Source of the DNA: Catajapyx aquilonaris
Taxonomy: Eukaryota
DNA length: 64,000 nucleotides
NCBI GenBank assembly: GCA_000934665.2
Contig: JYFJ02000400.1
Location: forward strand, 1-64,000
Direction: 5' to 3'
The position numbers and the translations under genes were made by a program. Below are positions 1-14,077 of the stretch, in pieces (within the stretch, counting starts at the first letter, position 1; each line of letters starts with the position of its first letter). Below the pieces are notes generated by a model. That model searched no databases, was not told the DNA's origin, and worked only from the letters and a program-made list of their open reading frames with translations.

Positions 1-3000
1 AGTGCAGGAAGGGCAACATGTATGGCTTCACTTTCTGTCAGAGGTAAAATTTTGTGCCACTTTATCTGCATTGTTTTCCAATGTTTTGTATTGTTGAACA
101 AATGTAGGATTTCTCACTCTCATTTCTTTACAAGAAAAGCATATTTAGAGTGCGATTTATTCCAGATCCAACTCCAGTGATGTCAGTTATGCCCAGTGTT
201 GACAGCAAGGTACAAGAGAAGTTTGAATCGTTCTCCATGCAGAAGACGACCTTTGTCCAGTCCTCAAGCAGCACCACCACCGAGATGGGTGGCCAAGGGG
301 TAGAGCCGAAATATGAGAAGCACTCTTTCAGTAGCCAGGAAGAACATTCTAAGAAGACAGTCAGTGGGCTGCCTGAAGAGGAGGTACGTGGATAACAAGT
401 TATGAATTTTCATGCGCAGTAATCATAATGTCTTTATGTTCAGACATTGTCCCGCCAGTCCAAAGAGGTTCATGAAACAGACGAGCAGCCTGCGTCTGTT
501 CAAGAACGGGCCGCCTTCTTTATGTCTAAAGGTGGGGTGACCACTGAAGAGAAGATCATTGACCGTACATCCTCCCCACTGCCCATCAAGCAGCGACCCT
601 CGGCTGGCCCTCGGTTCACAACACCTCTTACCGGGACCATGATTGAGGAAGGAGGAACCATCATTCTTGAAGGGATGGTTGATGGTAAGTTGTATTGCAT
701 GATTTTCTAGGAAAGAGCAATATGTTTTTTCTTCGGATAATATTGCTGTCAATCTGGAACTTGCTTCGTTAGGATTAGTATGTGAACTAACACTGACATC
801 GATTTTTTTTGACTATTGTGCAGGTTATCCTGAGCCAGAAATAACTTGGGCCAAAAATGGACAAGCAGTCCAGAAAAGACCAGGTTTGGAGACGAGCTTT
901 ATTCACAACAAGGTTCGCCTGGAGCTGAAGGATGCCACGTTTAAAGAGGGTGGTCGCTACACGTGCATTGCGACTAACAAGGCAGGAAGCGCAGCTAGCA
1001 CTGCCGATGCTGTGGTCAGGAAGACTGCTTTCCCACCAGTGTTTGGCAAACGACTCCAATCCCAGGAGGTCAAGGCAGGATCCAGGATTTACATGGAGCT
1101 GGAAGTAACTGGAACTCCAGCACCTACTGTGAAGTGGTACAGGAACGAGATCCCAATCACGTTGGAGAGAGATATCCAGGTTCGAGTAGAGGGGAACCGC
1201 CACATACTTATCATTCCATGTGGTGAGTTTTGTCCACATGTTTTTTTGATCTTCTCCTCTACTAAATTTCCTTCAGAGACTCAATCCTAAATTGGAATGG
1301 GAGCATTGAGATTAGCAAATTTCATGTGATTACGAGGACTTACTGTTAAGTAATCCTAACCATCTGTATTTCAGCCACTAATGCCGATGCTGGCAGGTAT
1401 GCTGCGAAAGCCTCAAACCAAGCTGGAGAAGCCCAGAGCATAGCCGATATCTGTGTGGTTGACTCGCGTCCTCCTGGTATGGAAGAGCTGAAGCGCCATG
1501 TCTTTGATGACCTTGAAGAGGAGAAGCAGTTTCAGGTCAGTCGATGAAAAATGCGACACATGATTACTGCTTGCTCACTTTTTCTTATTATTGTTCATTA
1601 CGAGATGACAAGATTTTCCAATATTGATTCCACAGCGATAGTGCAGTCGTCTCTAAAAACAATGCTATTCTACATATCAGCCGATTTTAATAATTAAAAT
1701 TAAAGCATTTATAAATAAGTGTTCCAAAACCTACTTCTTGGTAATACAAGAAAAAGTGAGCAATTTATTGGTGGCAGTTGGGAATTATAATTAGTAACCT
1801 ATGGTGGTGGTATTACTCCTTGGCTAAACTATTGTTTCCTCTCCCCCATTTTTTTCCCCCTTTCCTTTACAATATTATTGGTAAAAAGTTGTCTCAGCAA
1901 CAGAAAACTGTTAAGGAACTGAGACAGGAGACACTTGTGGTGAGCAAGAGTCACCAGGAAGAAATCACCAAGACAGAGAAGGTGGAGACTACGTACATAC
2001 GCTCACCAGCAGTGACGCCTGAACCTCCAAGGACTTACACACCTGTTCAGATCACATCGATGCCACCCTCGCCAATGCCTCCATCACCAAGGCCGCCATC
2101 AACAGTCACCAAACCAGCATCACCAATTCCAAAGACACCTTCTCCAGTGCCACCAGCACCGTCACCCAAGACAGAAGTTAGGGAGATAAAAGTTGAGCTT
2201 CTGGATGAACTTGTCAGACATGAATCACCAATTCCACCGAAACCAGCGTCACCAATACCACCCAAGCCAGTGTCACCAATACCACCCAAGCCAGTGTCAC
2301 CAATACCTCCTAAGCCGGCTTCTCCAATACCAGAGTTCAAGCCTGTGTCGCCAATACCAGAGTTCAAGCCTGTGTCACCAATGCCAGAGTTCAAGCCTGT
2401 GTCGCCAATACCGGAGTTCAAGCCTGTGTCGCCAATTCCACAGTTCAAACCGGTGTCGCCAATGCCACAATTTAAGCCTGTGTCACCAATGCCCAAACCT
2501 CCATCCCCAATAATAGATCTGATGCCAGAACCTCCACCAGAATTGGTGACACCAGAGCCTACCATAATAGAACCAAAAATTAGTGTCATGGAAGAAGTAT
2601 TCCGACATGAGCAGATCATACGGGAAGGTGGCTCTACGTGGCAACAAAAAGGCGAATTGCAACCACAACCACAGTCGGAGGAACCACAGTCGGAGGATCA
2701 GCAGAAGAGTGTCAAGTCACGGATTGAGGACCTGGAGAAGCAAATAATCACTGAGGTTGTTCCTGAAAAGCGAGAAGTGGAAATGCCAACTATTGATATT
2801 AAGTCGCGGATTGTTGGCTTCCAACAAATGGCAGAACAACCACCAACACCTCCGACAGTATTTGATCGGCCACCTGAGTTCACTGGACCACCTAGACCAG
2901 TCATAGACCTTCCATCATTGAGCCAGACCTACTCCTCAGTTGTATCGAAGGTTGAAACTATCTCCAAACAAACTGTTCAGAAATTCAAGTCGTTTCAAAG

Positions 3001-6000
3001 CGCTACTTTGGATGATCTTGATTTGAAACCAGAACCTCCACCTGAAATAGGCTTTGCACCTAAACCGGAATTTGTGAAGATCAGGGAGGATGTGTCTGGA
3101 AGGATTAGACGACTGGAGGAAGCTCAGAAGGCACAGTCACCTCAACCGCTGGATTTGCCAGGAGCTGTTAGAATATTTCCACCGATGAGAAGGCAAGAAC
3201 CAACCCCACCATCACCAGTGACTCGAGCACCAGCGCCAGCACCTGCTCCTGCTCCGGCTCCAGCACCAGCACCTGAACCATTCAAAGTATTTCCAGAATT
3301 GGAGCCGTTTCCTTTCAAACCCGAACCACTGCAGACACCTATGGCGCCAGTGACTAAACCGGTGACACCCGTGCCAAAGCCGACACGGTTTGTAAAAAGA
3401 GAATTTCAACAGCAGGAATCTAGAACTGTGACGCAGGAGGAGAAAATAGTTCCTGTGTGGCGACCACCTAGTCGTTCCGATTTGGTGACCCAGCAGAGCA
3501 TGCCAAAGGTTGGAGCAGCACTGATATCAAAAGCAATGCCAAAACCTGTCATTGAAGAAACCTGTATGAAAGAGACGGTGCAGAAACAGTCTCAGTCATG
3601 GCCACCTGAATACCACTCTTTAGACCGTCCCAAGAAGATTCAGCCGCCAACAACTTCAACTTTACCAGCAAAGCCGATGGCCCCTCGACCTGTGTCCCCA
3701 AAACCAATCACACCTGGTACAGTAGCCCCCACGCTTGAGGGTGTGAAGATGGAGCGAGCATGGGCTCCGATTAGGACACCTGAACCTCAACGAACATTGT
3801 CACCAATGGTTGAGCAGATGCGAGCAGCGTCACCAAAGCCATCAGGAGTAGGCCTTGCAATGGACAAAGTATGGGGCCAGAAGCAGGTTCACTCGCATCT
3901 AAAGCCTTCCTGGCCACCTAAGGAAGCTGAGGCCGACAAGAAGATCCTGCCTTGGACCCAAAAGAGTGATTCTTCAATGATGCAAGAAATGACGACCACC
4001 AAAACCACGACTCCGATGTACTACCAGGGGACTGTCTCAACCCGAAATGTCCAGTACTCAACCTTCACTGAATCAAAATCAGAGGTTACGAGGCGGTTCT
4101 CTGCGTCTGACTCGTCCGCCTTTGCCATCACAAAGCAGGTTTCGCCATTAGCGCTACAACCTGGACCACCTCCAGAGTATGGTTTCATCGACCCTGATAA
4201 AGTTATGCCAAAGAGGGAGGTGAGTGGAGGCCAGAAGAAGTGATCAAAATACCAAAAAATAAAATAAAGTGAACCTGCATTAATTCTGTGCTAGATATAA
4301 AAAAAAAGTGCATGGAAGTAGATTATATTTGCTTGAAAAAATATAATTATGTGTATCAATACAGACCAGTTTTCATTCAATATCCCTGCTTAATGGAGGA
4401 TTTCTCTGCTGAACTTCAACCGACCACCGCACCGATGGGATTATTTTGTGCATCGTAGTGTGACCCTTGAATTCCCCTAAGAAAAAAAATACACATTTTT
4501 TGCTTTTCCTGTATTGTCCTGTGATTCTTCACTCTCTTTCATTTTTTGAATCTAACCCCCCCTCAAAAAGGTGAGTGGGATTGGTTTGTAGTCGACTGCA
4601 TTGTTGGAAAAGCATGAGAAACAAAAAAAAAAAAATGCAACTAATGGTCTCGCCTTGTTGCTGACTAAAAAAATGTGCGGAAGTTCTCCCTCCATTCAAG
4701 CAGGAGATTATGATGTGTGTACATGTACTAAAACAATGAGATCGAATGGAAATAAAATGCTGATGAAACTGCCAAAGCATACTAGCTGTTTTTCAGCTTT
4801 TGCGTTTTTCAACTTCAGCCTATATAACCCAATGAAAAGTCTATTTAATGGGACACATGCGTACGGGAAGTATGAATGTCACTTGGATTCAATTCGAGTG
4901 AGCGTAATGAGGATTTGGTGTCATACGAAATTAGTTGTTGACTCTTGCATTGGTTGGAAAATCAAAGCTGTTTTTTTTTTCCCTAAATGAAAAGTGAGTT
5001 AATTTTCTACCTTTAATGTTAATTTTGTTGTAATAACTGTGTCCTGAAAGTTCTCTCACGATGGACCAGTTGTGTCTAATGGATATGTTGACCCCCGTAA
5101 AGTATTTGGAAAGCCTCCATGAATTGTGCGACCGTAATGGAGCGATACCACGTGGATTCCATTGATACATTTTTGGTATGTACTAAATGTGTGACCACTC
5201 ACTGCACCTGACCTAACATGCACCTGCACTTTGTACTAACATTTGCTATGCCGCTGTTGCTAGATATGCCGACTGATTGCTTTTTTCTGCTCTAGGAACT
5301 CCTTCGAAGCATCTCAACTCCGAGCACTCCTAAGCCCCAAACCCCAATGGAGTTGGAACCATTTCCGTACACCCCTGAACCCGAACATCCTCGAGGTCCT
5401 CGTCCACCACCTCCTGCCACCCCCAGCAAGTTCATCAAAGGCGAATTCAGAGAGAGTGACTATGAAAGCGATCATGATGGACGCATTTCTGCAAAATGGC
5501 ATGCGGATGGTGACAGTATGCGATTCAGGCCAGTGAGGCCCCATTTGGAGGGTCATTCTAGGCCTGTTTCCGCAGCTGAAAAGGCACCAACACCACCTAC
5601 TGAGTTTGAAAAACCTGCACCAACCGCTTTCAAGCCTGCACCAACCACTTTCAAACCTGAGCCAGTAAAGTCGGTCCAAAAGGGAGCAACTCAGACGGAG
5701 ACATCCAAGGCAATGCGGATTGAGGAGTCGACACACTCTAGTCGACGTATCGTAAGCATGCAGCAGACCACACGTGTGATACAGTTTGGTTCGAAGGAAA
5801 CTGAACTGAGACCAGGATCACCCGTTCAGATTGGGTATGCTGAACCTCCAAAGCAGCCTGAAATTCAGAGACCGGTGCCCAAACAACAGCCTGTTAAAAT
5901 AATTCAGCGTCCAACCCCGAAGGTTCAGCAACCAGCACCTAAACCTCAACCAAAAATGCAGCAGTCAGTTCATCCTAAGTCTCACACATTGCCCAGAACA

Positions 6001-8110
6001 ACCAAGAGACCAAAATCCCCACCTAAATCAGACTTCAAGCCGTTTCCAGAATTGGAACCATTCCCTTACACGCCTGACCCAACTCGACCCAAAAGAGAAC
6101 GACCTCCACCTCCACCTACTCCCAGCAAGTTCATTAAAGGTGAATTCTACTCAAGTGACTACGAATCAGATACGGATATCCGCATACCACCCAAATGGCG
6201 TCCTGATGGGACACCTGAACCAGGCCATTTCCGGCCTGTCCAAGCTCCAAGCCGGACAGAGATGCGAACTCCATCGCCTTCAGGACGAACCCCAACTCCA
6301 CCGACTCAGTTTGACACACCACCGGTTATTCAAGGACCTCCTAGACCTGAGGTCGGAAAGGCTGACGTGGCTAAAGTGAAGGAGGCAAGGAAGATGGATG
6401 TGGTGAGAGTCAAAGAAACGAGGAAAGTCGATGCGGAGGAGACGAGGTTGAGACACATGAAGGAAATGAAGAAGCGATTTACAAAGGAGAAGAAGCCAGA
6501 GTTTGAGCTTAAGCCGGAGGAGCCACCCGTGTATGGGTTCATAGGACGAACTCCAACTGCAGTGTCTGGTAAGTCCTTTGTCGTTTGTGTAGAGATTTCG
6601 AATGTCTAATTTGTGTCGTTTTAACAGAGAAAGTCACCAAGCACTTCACGGACATGGGCACTTCATTTAAGACTCGAGCAACCAGCTTCACGGAACAAAT
6701 TATGACCGATATTAAGAAAGAGCCAGAGAAGCCTAAGCCTGTTCCTGTCATTCAAGAAACACGTGAGCCACATGCATACAAGGAGGAGTCACGACTGGCT
6801 GAATATGGTTAGTATTAATCATAACATACGAGAGATAAAAATGCAGAATTTCTTACATGTAGGGAAAACAATGGAAATTGGCTATTAATTCCAATACGAA
6901 CAACAGTGTAAAATCTCATTCAGAAACACTTGTTTTCTAGCGTTTCTGAATGTGACATGGTTCGTTCCAAAATGAATATAGAGCTAGCTATTGTTGTCTT
7001 TCCCTGTACAGGTACAAAGCACATAGATCCAGACACAGGTTTAATATACTTCAAGTATGACTTTGGGTATGAATTTGGGGTGGTTCTTCCTGGAGAGCCG
7101 AAGAAAGTTCCCAAGGAGCTTCCAAAAGAAGGTGACATCAAGGTGCCTGTGATTCATGAGAGCACCAAACCAAAGCCGCCAAGCACTGTTGCAGCTATGC
7201 CTCAATTCAGACCTAAGCGATTCACCCAATTCAAGCCTTCGAAATGGGAGCCATGCTCCGAGAGCGATGCTTCCGAGCCTGAAGGCGACATCATACCATA
7301 CAGGCCATCGCAATACTTTGGAGGGGCTAAGCGGGGAAGGCCACTGTCGCACCCTGTTGGTAAATGGGACACCCCTAGTCCGCAATCGCTGTCACCAAGT
7401 GTGTCACCGAGGCCTATCAGCTGGTCTGCGCTGTCCGTTGATACTTCAGGAAGGGGAGGAGGTACATCACATGTCATGTCTGTGTGATTAACGTGTTTGT
7501 CGGTTGTTACCTATACGTTGTAGACATTCTGTGTGATTTGAATGCTGCATTAATGTGTGAATAATGGGTGTGTCACGAAGATTTTAATTGCGTGGTGAAA
7601 GGGTTAGGCTAATGCGCAAATCATCTTCATTTGCAGGCTCGCCTGCCTATTCTCCTCGTGGACGAGGGCGACCCGTGTCCTACACTCCTCGAAGTGATGG
7701 TGCAACGCCACAGATGGGAAAGCACCCTTTCTTTACCACTGTAAGCATTATATGTCTTATGCTGCTTTGTAACGTTGTGTTCATGCGAGCGATGCACATT
7801 TTCCCACAAATTATTTGGTTTTCAGACTCTTCAGGATGTCAACTCTGCTGTCGGTCACACTGTAACACTGGAATGTGTGGTCCAGTGTGATCCAGACCCA
7901 TCTCTGCTGTGGTCCAGAAATGGACGGATCATACCACAAACAGGGCGACACAAGATGACCTTCTTCGGTGGCGTCTGCTCTCTCACCATCCCCAACGTCA
8001 CAACAGATGATGCTGGACTCTACACATGCACTGCTACTAATCCACATGGGACGGAAGCGACCACGTCCTTCCTGCGTGTGCCAGGTCAGAAGGTCACTTT
8101 TGCATCTTAA
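1..8110 (+). CDS. zormin: 3' portion (5'-truncated) of a zormin-like Ig-domain, proline-rich muscle protein of the sls locus
   Basis: Phase-consistent GT-AG exons: 1-43, 166-383, 444-684, 824-1222, 1375-1535, 1889(or 1898)-4219, 5296-6568, 6628-6807, 7012-7461, 7637-7740, 7826-8110(stop). They encode I-set Ig domains (PRFTTPL..GYPEPEITW..GRYTCIATN; PPVFGKRL..GTPAPTVKWY..DAGRYAAKASN; HPFFTT..LECVVQCDPDPSLLWSRNG..DAGLYTCTATN), P-rich repeats, PSKFIKGEF..SDYESD modules and a GTKHIDPDTGLIYFKYDFGYEFG motif. The name rests on recalled motifs and on the position directly upstream of kettin, as in the Drosophila sls locus. Confidence 0.7.
1889..4219 (+). CDS. Large proline-rich exon of the zormin-like gene (phase 0-0)
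   Basis: Part of ORF 1778..4243. Acceptor is ambiguous (AAG at 1886-1888 or CAG at 1895-1897). Donor GAG|GTGAGT after 4219. Confidence 0.85.
2229..2510 (+). repeat. Coding tandem repeat: about 4 x 24-nt KP(A/V)SPIPP units followed by about 6 x 27-nt KPVSP(I/M)P(E/Q)F units
   Basis: Directly visible repeats such as ccaataccagagttcaagcctgtgtc; the translation shows KPVSPIPEF arrays. Confidence 0.9.
5296..6568 (+). CDS. Zormin-like exon with two ELEPFPYTP..PSKFIKGEF..SDYESD..FRPV..PTPPT modules
   Basis: Acceptor tttctgctctag at 5294-5295, donor TCT G|GTAAGT after 6568, ORF 5347..6609. Confidence 0.85.
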
Positions 8111-8362
8111 AAAAAAAGTAGGGGATTTTTTTTTTTCCAGAATATCGCGTACCCTGTACATAAACAATGGTGACAAAATGTGATTGCATGTGCTGTTCTT
8201 TCTCTGGTGCTCCCTCTGTTTCCTTAATTGAAAAAGCATTTGTGAGTTTTGAAGAAAAAAAATATGTGCATTTATATCCTGCTTCTTTTTTTCTATCCTA
8301 GTTCGTTTTTTTAGTGGTGGTCAAATCGATTGTGTAGGCACAGCATTGTTGATGAATCTCAC

Positions 8363-8368
8363 AATAAA
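8363..8368 (+). terminator. Candidate polyadenylation signal of the zormin-like transcript
   Basis: AATAAA about 250 nt after the stop at 8108-8110. Confidence 0.35.
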
Positions 8369-11300
8369 AGCGACCTTTCCTGTCACCTGTTTATTCTTTC
8401 TTACGATCTCCTACACCTTGGGGTTTGGTCCTACTCTGCAAGCACGGACAGAATGGAAGCAAGATGTCAACGGAAAAATTGTGTCCATCCAATCTGAAAA
8501 AGAAAAATCCAATCCAGCTGATCATCATTGGATGGATATAATTTTTATGTTGCCACCGTGCTTTTATTCCTGATTATTCTCTACTGTTTGCACAAGATTT
8601 ATTGTTGTGTTCTCCATTGCGTATGATGGGCGTGAACTGCCAGTAAATCTTGTGACAATTGTGGAAGTCATTTTTCTTCTTTGAATGGCACATGCTTTCA
8701 CTTGGTGGTGGTTGGACTTCATCAGCAGTGGGAACTTTCAGGTACAGAGAATGCAGCATGATTTGATGTGTAATTAAAGTACTTAATATGCGGGTGAAAT
8801 GTCGCTGCTGAAATTTGCATGGCTAGTAGTCTTTAAGTAGTGCTTTTAATAATGACACATATGCAATTGCGGAAATTGCTGTTTGACGAAGGTGATGCTT
8901 TTAACCATGAATTGCTTTTCCAGCTTCTTTGAAATGCCTCACGGTAACAAAATAACTTGACGTGAATCATCTCCTTGCGACAGTTTACTGCATGTGCACA
9001 GTGACACACTCGGCTAACAGTTTTCTAGAAGGACGTCGCATTCTTTGGGAATTACCTGAGTTCGTTGAGGAAATGATAGAGTTGCAAAAATTGTGACGGA
9101 GATACTGAGCTGCCAAATTTAGGTCTAGCTTCACAGGCGGCTAAGAATAGTAAGCCACAGAGGCGGAAAAATGTAGCCCCCGGGCGCTGGGGTACCTGAG
9201 TCAAGTCTTTGGGAAGTCACAGACTTTGCCAGAAAGCTGGCCATGCCTCTCCGCCCTCGCAGGTTACGCCCCCAAACGGGCTGTTTTATTTCCGGGGTAG
9301 GCGGGTCACATTTTGGAGAAGCGCCGTTTAGCAGCGGTCATGTAACCTTCGCTTCCAGATGGACACTTGCTAGATGTTTGTTTATCTGCTCCTGCAATAG
9401 CATGTTTTTCTTGTTCCAGGAGCAATGTCATTGGCGGCCAAAAATTCCTTTCCAGAGTAATGAGTTTGCCATGGTCACTGTTTGTTTATCAGACGCGCAG
9501 CCTGAGGAATTGTGGTTCAGGTTCGGTGGACCTAGCCCTTTGCATGTACCTGGAAATAGCGGAAAGGAAAAAAGCACATTTGGCTCCTTTTCTGATAGCT
9601 GCACACGGTACTTTGGAGGTCACAGATCTCTCTCCGCTGCAGAAGCAAACAAAAATAGGGAATATGGTTCCGCATTGGATTTTGGGTGCAAGTGGTTGAT
9701 CCAGCCTGGATTTTTTTTTTTTGCATTTATTTCTTGCCTCGTCCAAGCAGATTTATTGCCAGCAGAGTATGTGTTGAGACAAACAGGTTGATGTGAGACC
9801 TCGATATCTTTGACCTCTTTCACTTGCCAACATTTCTTTTTTTTTCCTACCCCATGCCATACGCACTTCAACATTTTACAATGCGATGGTAATATTATGT
9901 GAGGCAAATAAACGATGCTTCTATCCAGGTTGATCACTTTATATACAGACAGAGATAGGAAGTGCAGATGTGCTATTTAGCCAGTGCAGTCATGCAGATG
10001 GCAAAAGTCCAGAACTTACTTCCTTCATTTTTGGAGCTGTGGTGCAACCACTTTGGACCAAAGTTAGGAAGCAAATAAACTTTTCAGCCGCCGCATACTG
10101 CGTAAGATGCATTTAAGCCAGTAGATTTGACTCATTGTAAGAAGCGTAATGGTGGTAAGTCATGGACTCTGGAAAGTTATGTTACGGTTATCCTTTGATC
10201 TATTCATGCCCACTTTATCTGCAATTTTAACCGACTGTGAAGTACTAATGTATGACATGTTGGAAGTATTTAATGGTACAGCGAACACTAAATGCTGCAA
10301 TTGTTTGTAAAGTAGCCGACTTGTAGCTTGAGCGGCTATAGTTGAAGACCTTTCTGTTTGAGAAGTTCGGTACCCGCTTTAGCGTTAGCTAATTTGGATC
10401 ACACAAGTGCCAATGTGTCCTATAAATTAATTGAAAGCATCACATGGCCATTGAGCTTGTAGGGAAAGTAAGGAAAGAATGAATGACAATGCGTACGACC
10501 ATAATCAAGAGAAAAACCATTAACCACTTTGTGTACCACTTTTGTAATATACAGGAGCTGAGTCTGGGCTCAGAAAGCTTTAGGATGGGACCCAAAAACC
10601 GTGGGCAGTGACGGTACATTTTGCATGTGGTATCCTGCCAGTCACTTGTACTGTCGTCACTACAGGGGCACCTCGAGGTGCCAGGTGAAATTCTGAGGAG
10701 CTTTTGTTTTTGAGCCTTTTTTGACGGCCTTCCACTTGGCCGCCACCCTAGGGAATTCTCCTCCAATGAACCGGACGTTAAAGCTGGACTCGGTTTGCAT
10801 GTTAGACCACTGTGGCTCTTGTCATGGCCAAATTACTCGAGTAATTACTGTTGTTTCTTCGGAATCTGCCTCTCCCACGATGGGTACAGATTGCATAATG
10901 CCAGACGATGAAATACGCGAGGCCGACCCAGAAGAAGTGTTTACTGTCAACTGTTGCTATTTTTAACACCCATGTTTGGAGATGGGTTATGCATAATATG
11001 TGCGATCCTGCATTAGATCTCGTAATATTTGAACGGTTAAGATAATCTACTTTTAACAGTGGTGCGGTCCTCTTGAGTATGAGCCAACCACAGCAGTTCT
11101 TGGGAAGACCTGTTTGCGAATAATTTGCGGGATTGTGAGGCTGTGTGAATGTCGACCGAGTGGAGCTCGGAAATTTTTTGGATTTTTTTGGCCTGCTTTC
11201 AACGATGTCGAGTATGGCGGAACTGCATGCAACTGCAAAACACGTCTCACTAAATTGTCCACTGCTTCACACCTACTTCATGCTGGACCAGTCGTAAATA

Positions 11301-13499
11301 TTTCGCGTTGTTTCGCTCGTCTGCTTTGTCTTCCTGACAAGATCAGTTTCATAATATGACATAATCTGTTTTGCCGCGAACTATACAGTTTTTTCGCGAA
11401 ATTGCGAAACCCCATAATCTTGTGTGATTGCGACAAACGATTATATGAAAGCACATAGAAATTTTGGAGGTGCCCTTTTGCAAATTTATTAACCCATTCT
11501 TGTTGGCGCAACATTTTAAAAGAAAAAACCGGTGTTTTTCATCCCTAAGAAATTCTTAGTTTTTGGCACTCCTGAGAAGCCTCTATCGAAATTTTCCCAG
11601 GAGAAACCTATTTGGGAAATGACGGAAGTTGCGAGAAGATGAGTCTCCCCCAAAATGCCTTAGGTGTTACGTGTTTCGACAAAGTGCATCGTTAGTTATC
11701 TGGGGGACTGAGAACAACTTACAGGAGAGGATGTGTGTGTCTGTGGTGAGGTTGTTAAAAATAGTCGGAAGTGAGCAGATTGATGTAGACTTGAGGAGTC
11801 GAGCAAGGTCGACCCAGCTCCAACTTGATGTCTTTGTGTTATCTCCCCTCTTGTTTTCCAGGTGTGGGGTCCGACTAATTGGGATGCCACTGAGCATGTT
11901 TTTGTACCCTCAAACTTGATGGCTCTATTCAGGCGCCGGTATTTTAAATCATTTGAGAGCTAAATCTCGAGTGGCACCGTGGGAAGTGGGTCTGCTCTGC
12001 GTCATTTTGTATTATCCGCCACTTAGAAAATCAAAAGACATGTATATCGGGCAAGGCGCCGATTTAATACCAAAATCTGTTGGGGGACCTAAATATTAAG
12101 TTAGTTAATTACATATTTGTCACAATGTCATGTCTTCTTGGTTTTATGCACACAAAAAAAAAACAATCACACACTTTCTGTAAGGTATACTTGTATATAT
12201 ACGACAATATCAAACGCACTAAAATGGCAAAAATTGCCAGATTGGATTTTTGCAATTTCACAATTTGTAGAAAGAAAGGTCTCCTGTGCGATATTGGAAG
12301 CTTGGGCGTGAAAAAATGCATGCAAAAAAAATCCGCAATTTTCAGTGGATGAATGAAAGGCAGGGGACAGGAGAAATGCAGAACTCGTCCTTCCCAAATA
12401 GAGACCAAGACCTGATCAGAGATGCCTGGTCGTATATGGCGACTTGGGGGAGGTCTGGACAGGCCAAAGTAGAACAAGGGACCCCCCCTCCATCTCAACC
12501 TTACCCACCCCCTGCCTCACATGTTAGTTTCAGGCAACATACCTCGCTTATGAGCCGGTCCACTCCCCCAAATGGCCTCTTTAAAGTCACACTCTTCGCT
12601 TTCAAATTGTGGCCGATTAACTTTTGATATGTGACCGCATCAGGTGCGTACCGGCTAGATGGACGTGTGACCAAAGTGTAATTTTTTTAAATTAAAAAAA
12701 AGTGACACCAACCATGGAGACGAGTTATTGGAAGATCAGTGCATATTGGACAGAACTGAAAATACGTGAGATATTTTTTAAATTTTTAATTCAGTAATTA
12801 TTGATTTTACTACTGAACACGTTGCCAAAATTTGGCAACACCCTATATGCACACTGTATAAAATATGAAACAATCGAAGCACTTTAATGATTGCTAAATT
12901 TTTGCACATGAATAAGTCCTAAATGGTCAAATAATAATTATTGATTTTATGTTCCCAACAGGGGGAAACAAATAATACACCTTTCACACCCATCACTGAA
13001 ATGTGTACAGTTGGATAAAATTTTGTTCACACTAAATACTGCACATGCAATATAAGGCGATAGGCAATATTTTTAGCAAACCATAAATCATGAAACCAAT
13101 ATTTTGATAAGAATCGACACATCATGTTATCACAGCCTTTGATGAGATCTAACATGGACTGAGAATGTGTTGCAATCTTATGCCTTATTTTTACACTTTT
13201 AGTGAACATGTTGCCAAAATTTGGCAACAATTTATATCGTCAATTCGCCAATTTTCTTCATCGGATGGTCGTACCGCGCTGGAGGCCGATTTACCACCCA
13301 TGTATTATTCTTTACGAATATATGTCGCGCACACTCCTGCCACTCTCAGGTCTTGCTGGTGATATTGGTACTATCAGTATCGGACAAACATCCGGCGGAG
13401 AGAATAAGCATATCTTGATGGTTATGCTTTTAAGGTTGAGTTTGGCAGTGCCCTCAGTCACTGATGGTGACACTCCTCGACAATACAGGGGACGGAAAT

Positions 13500-14077
13500 G
13501 AGTGTTACAAGGCGGCAATGGACCCCGTTGGATTTAAACTAATATGTGTCTGCGGATGTGTGTGTTGAATGGAGTGTGTATAGTGGGGATGGGTTGTGTG
13601 TGAGAGAGAGAGGGTGGGGGGGAAGGAGGACCCGGGTTTATTTTGGTGGTGGATCCTTCCTCGAGGGAGCCAACCGGAGGCTGCGTCTCCTCTGCTGGAA
13701 CCTTTTGGTTTTTGGGGGGAGACCCCCACTGTTTCGGTTCGAGGGCTTTGGAGAGACTCCATCCCTCGGGCCCTCACTCTCCCGACTGCTGCTGTGATCT
13801 TACCAACCAAACGGGCACACTTTTTAAGACTTGTACATAATATTACGAAACACCACCATGGCACGGGGATGAGTCCTCATCCTGATTCGTCAGCGGACCT
13901 GGCATGAAAATATCTGGGAAGCAAGCGAACCGCCCGATCCAAACGAGTTCGAGTCCCGACCCACCACGCGAGTGTTGTTTCCTCTGTCGGTTCCTCCATC
14001 GTCCGGTCGCGGGTGGTCACTAATTAAGTGTGCATCGACATAATTTTTTCGAGTTGTATCGACGGTGATTTGTCACA
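13500..14077 (+). promoter_or_regulatory. Probable promoter/5'UTR of kettin-type sls transcripts
   Basis: GC/CpG-richer stretch with GA and G tracts immediately upstream of ATG 14078. The transcription start cannot be placed from sequence alone. Confidence 0.4.

Noticed and set aside
8400..13500. Short ORFs between zormin and kettin (e.g. 9243-9791) as a nested gene
   Set aside because: No recognisable domain, no coding-like composition, no chain of compatible splice sites.
13945..13967. GAGTTCGAGTCCC...ACCA, resembling a tRNA T-loop/B-box and 3' end
   Set aside because: No acceptor stem, D arm or A-box can be built from the upstream sequence.
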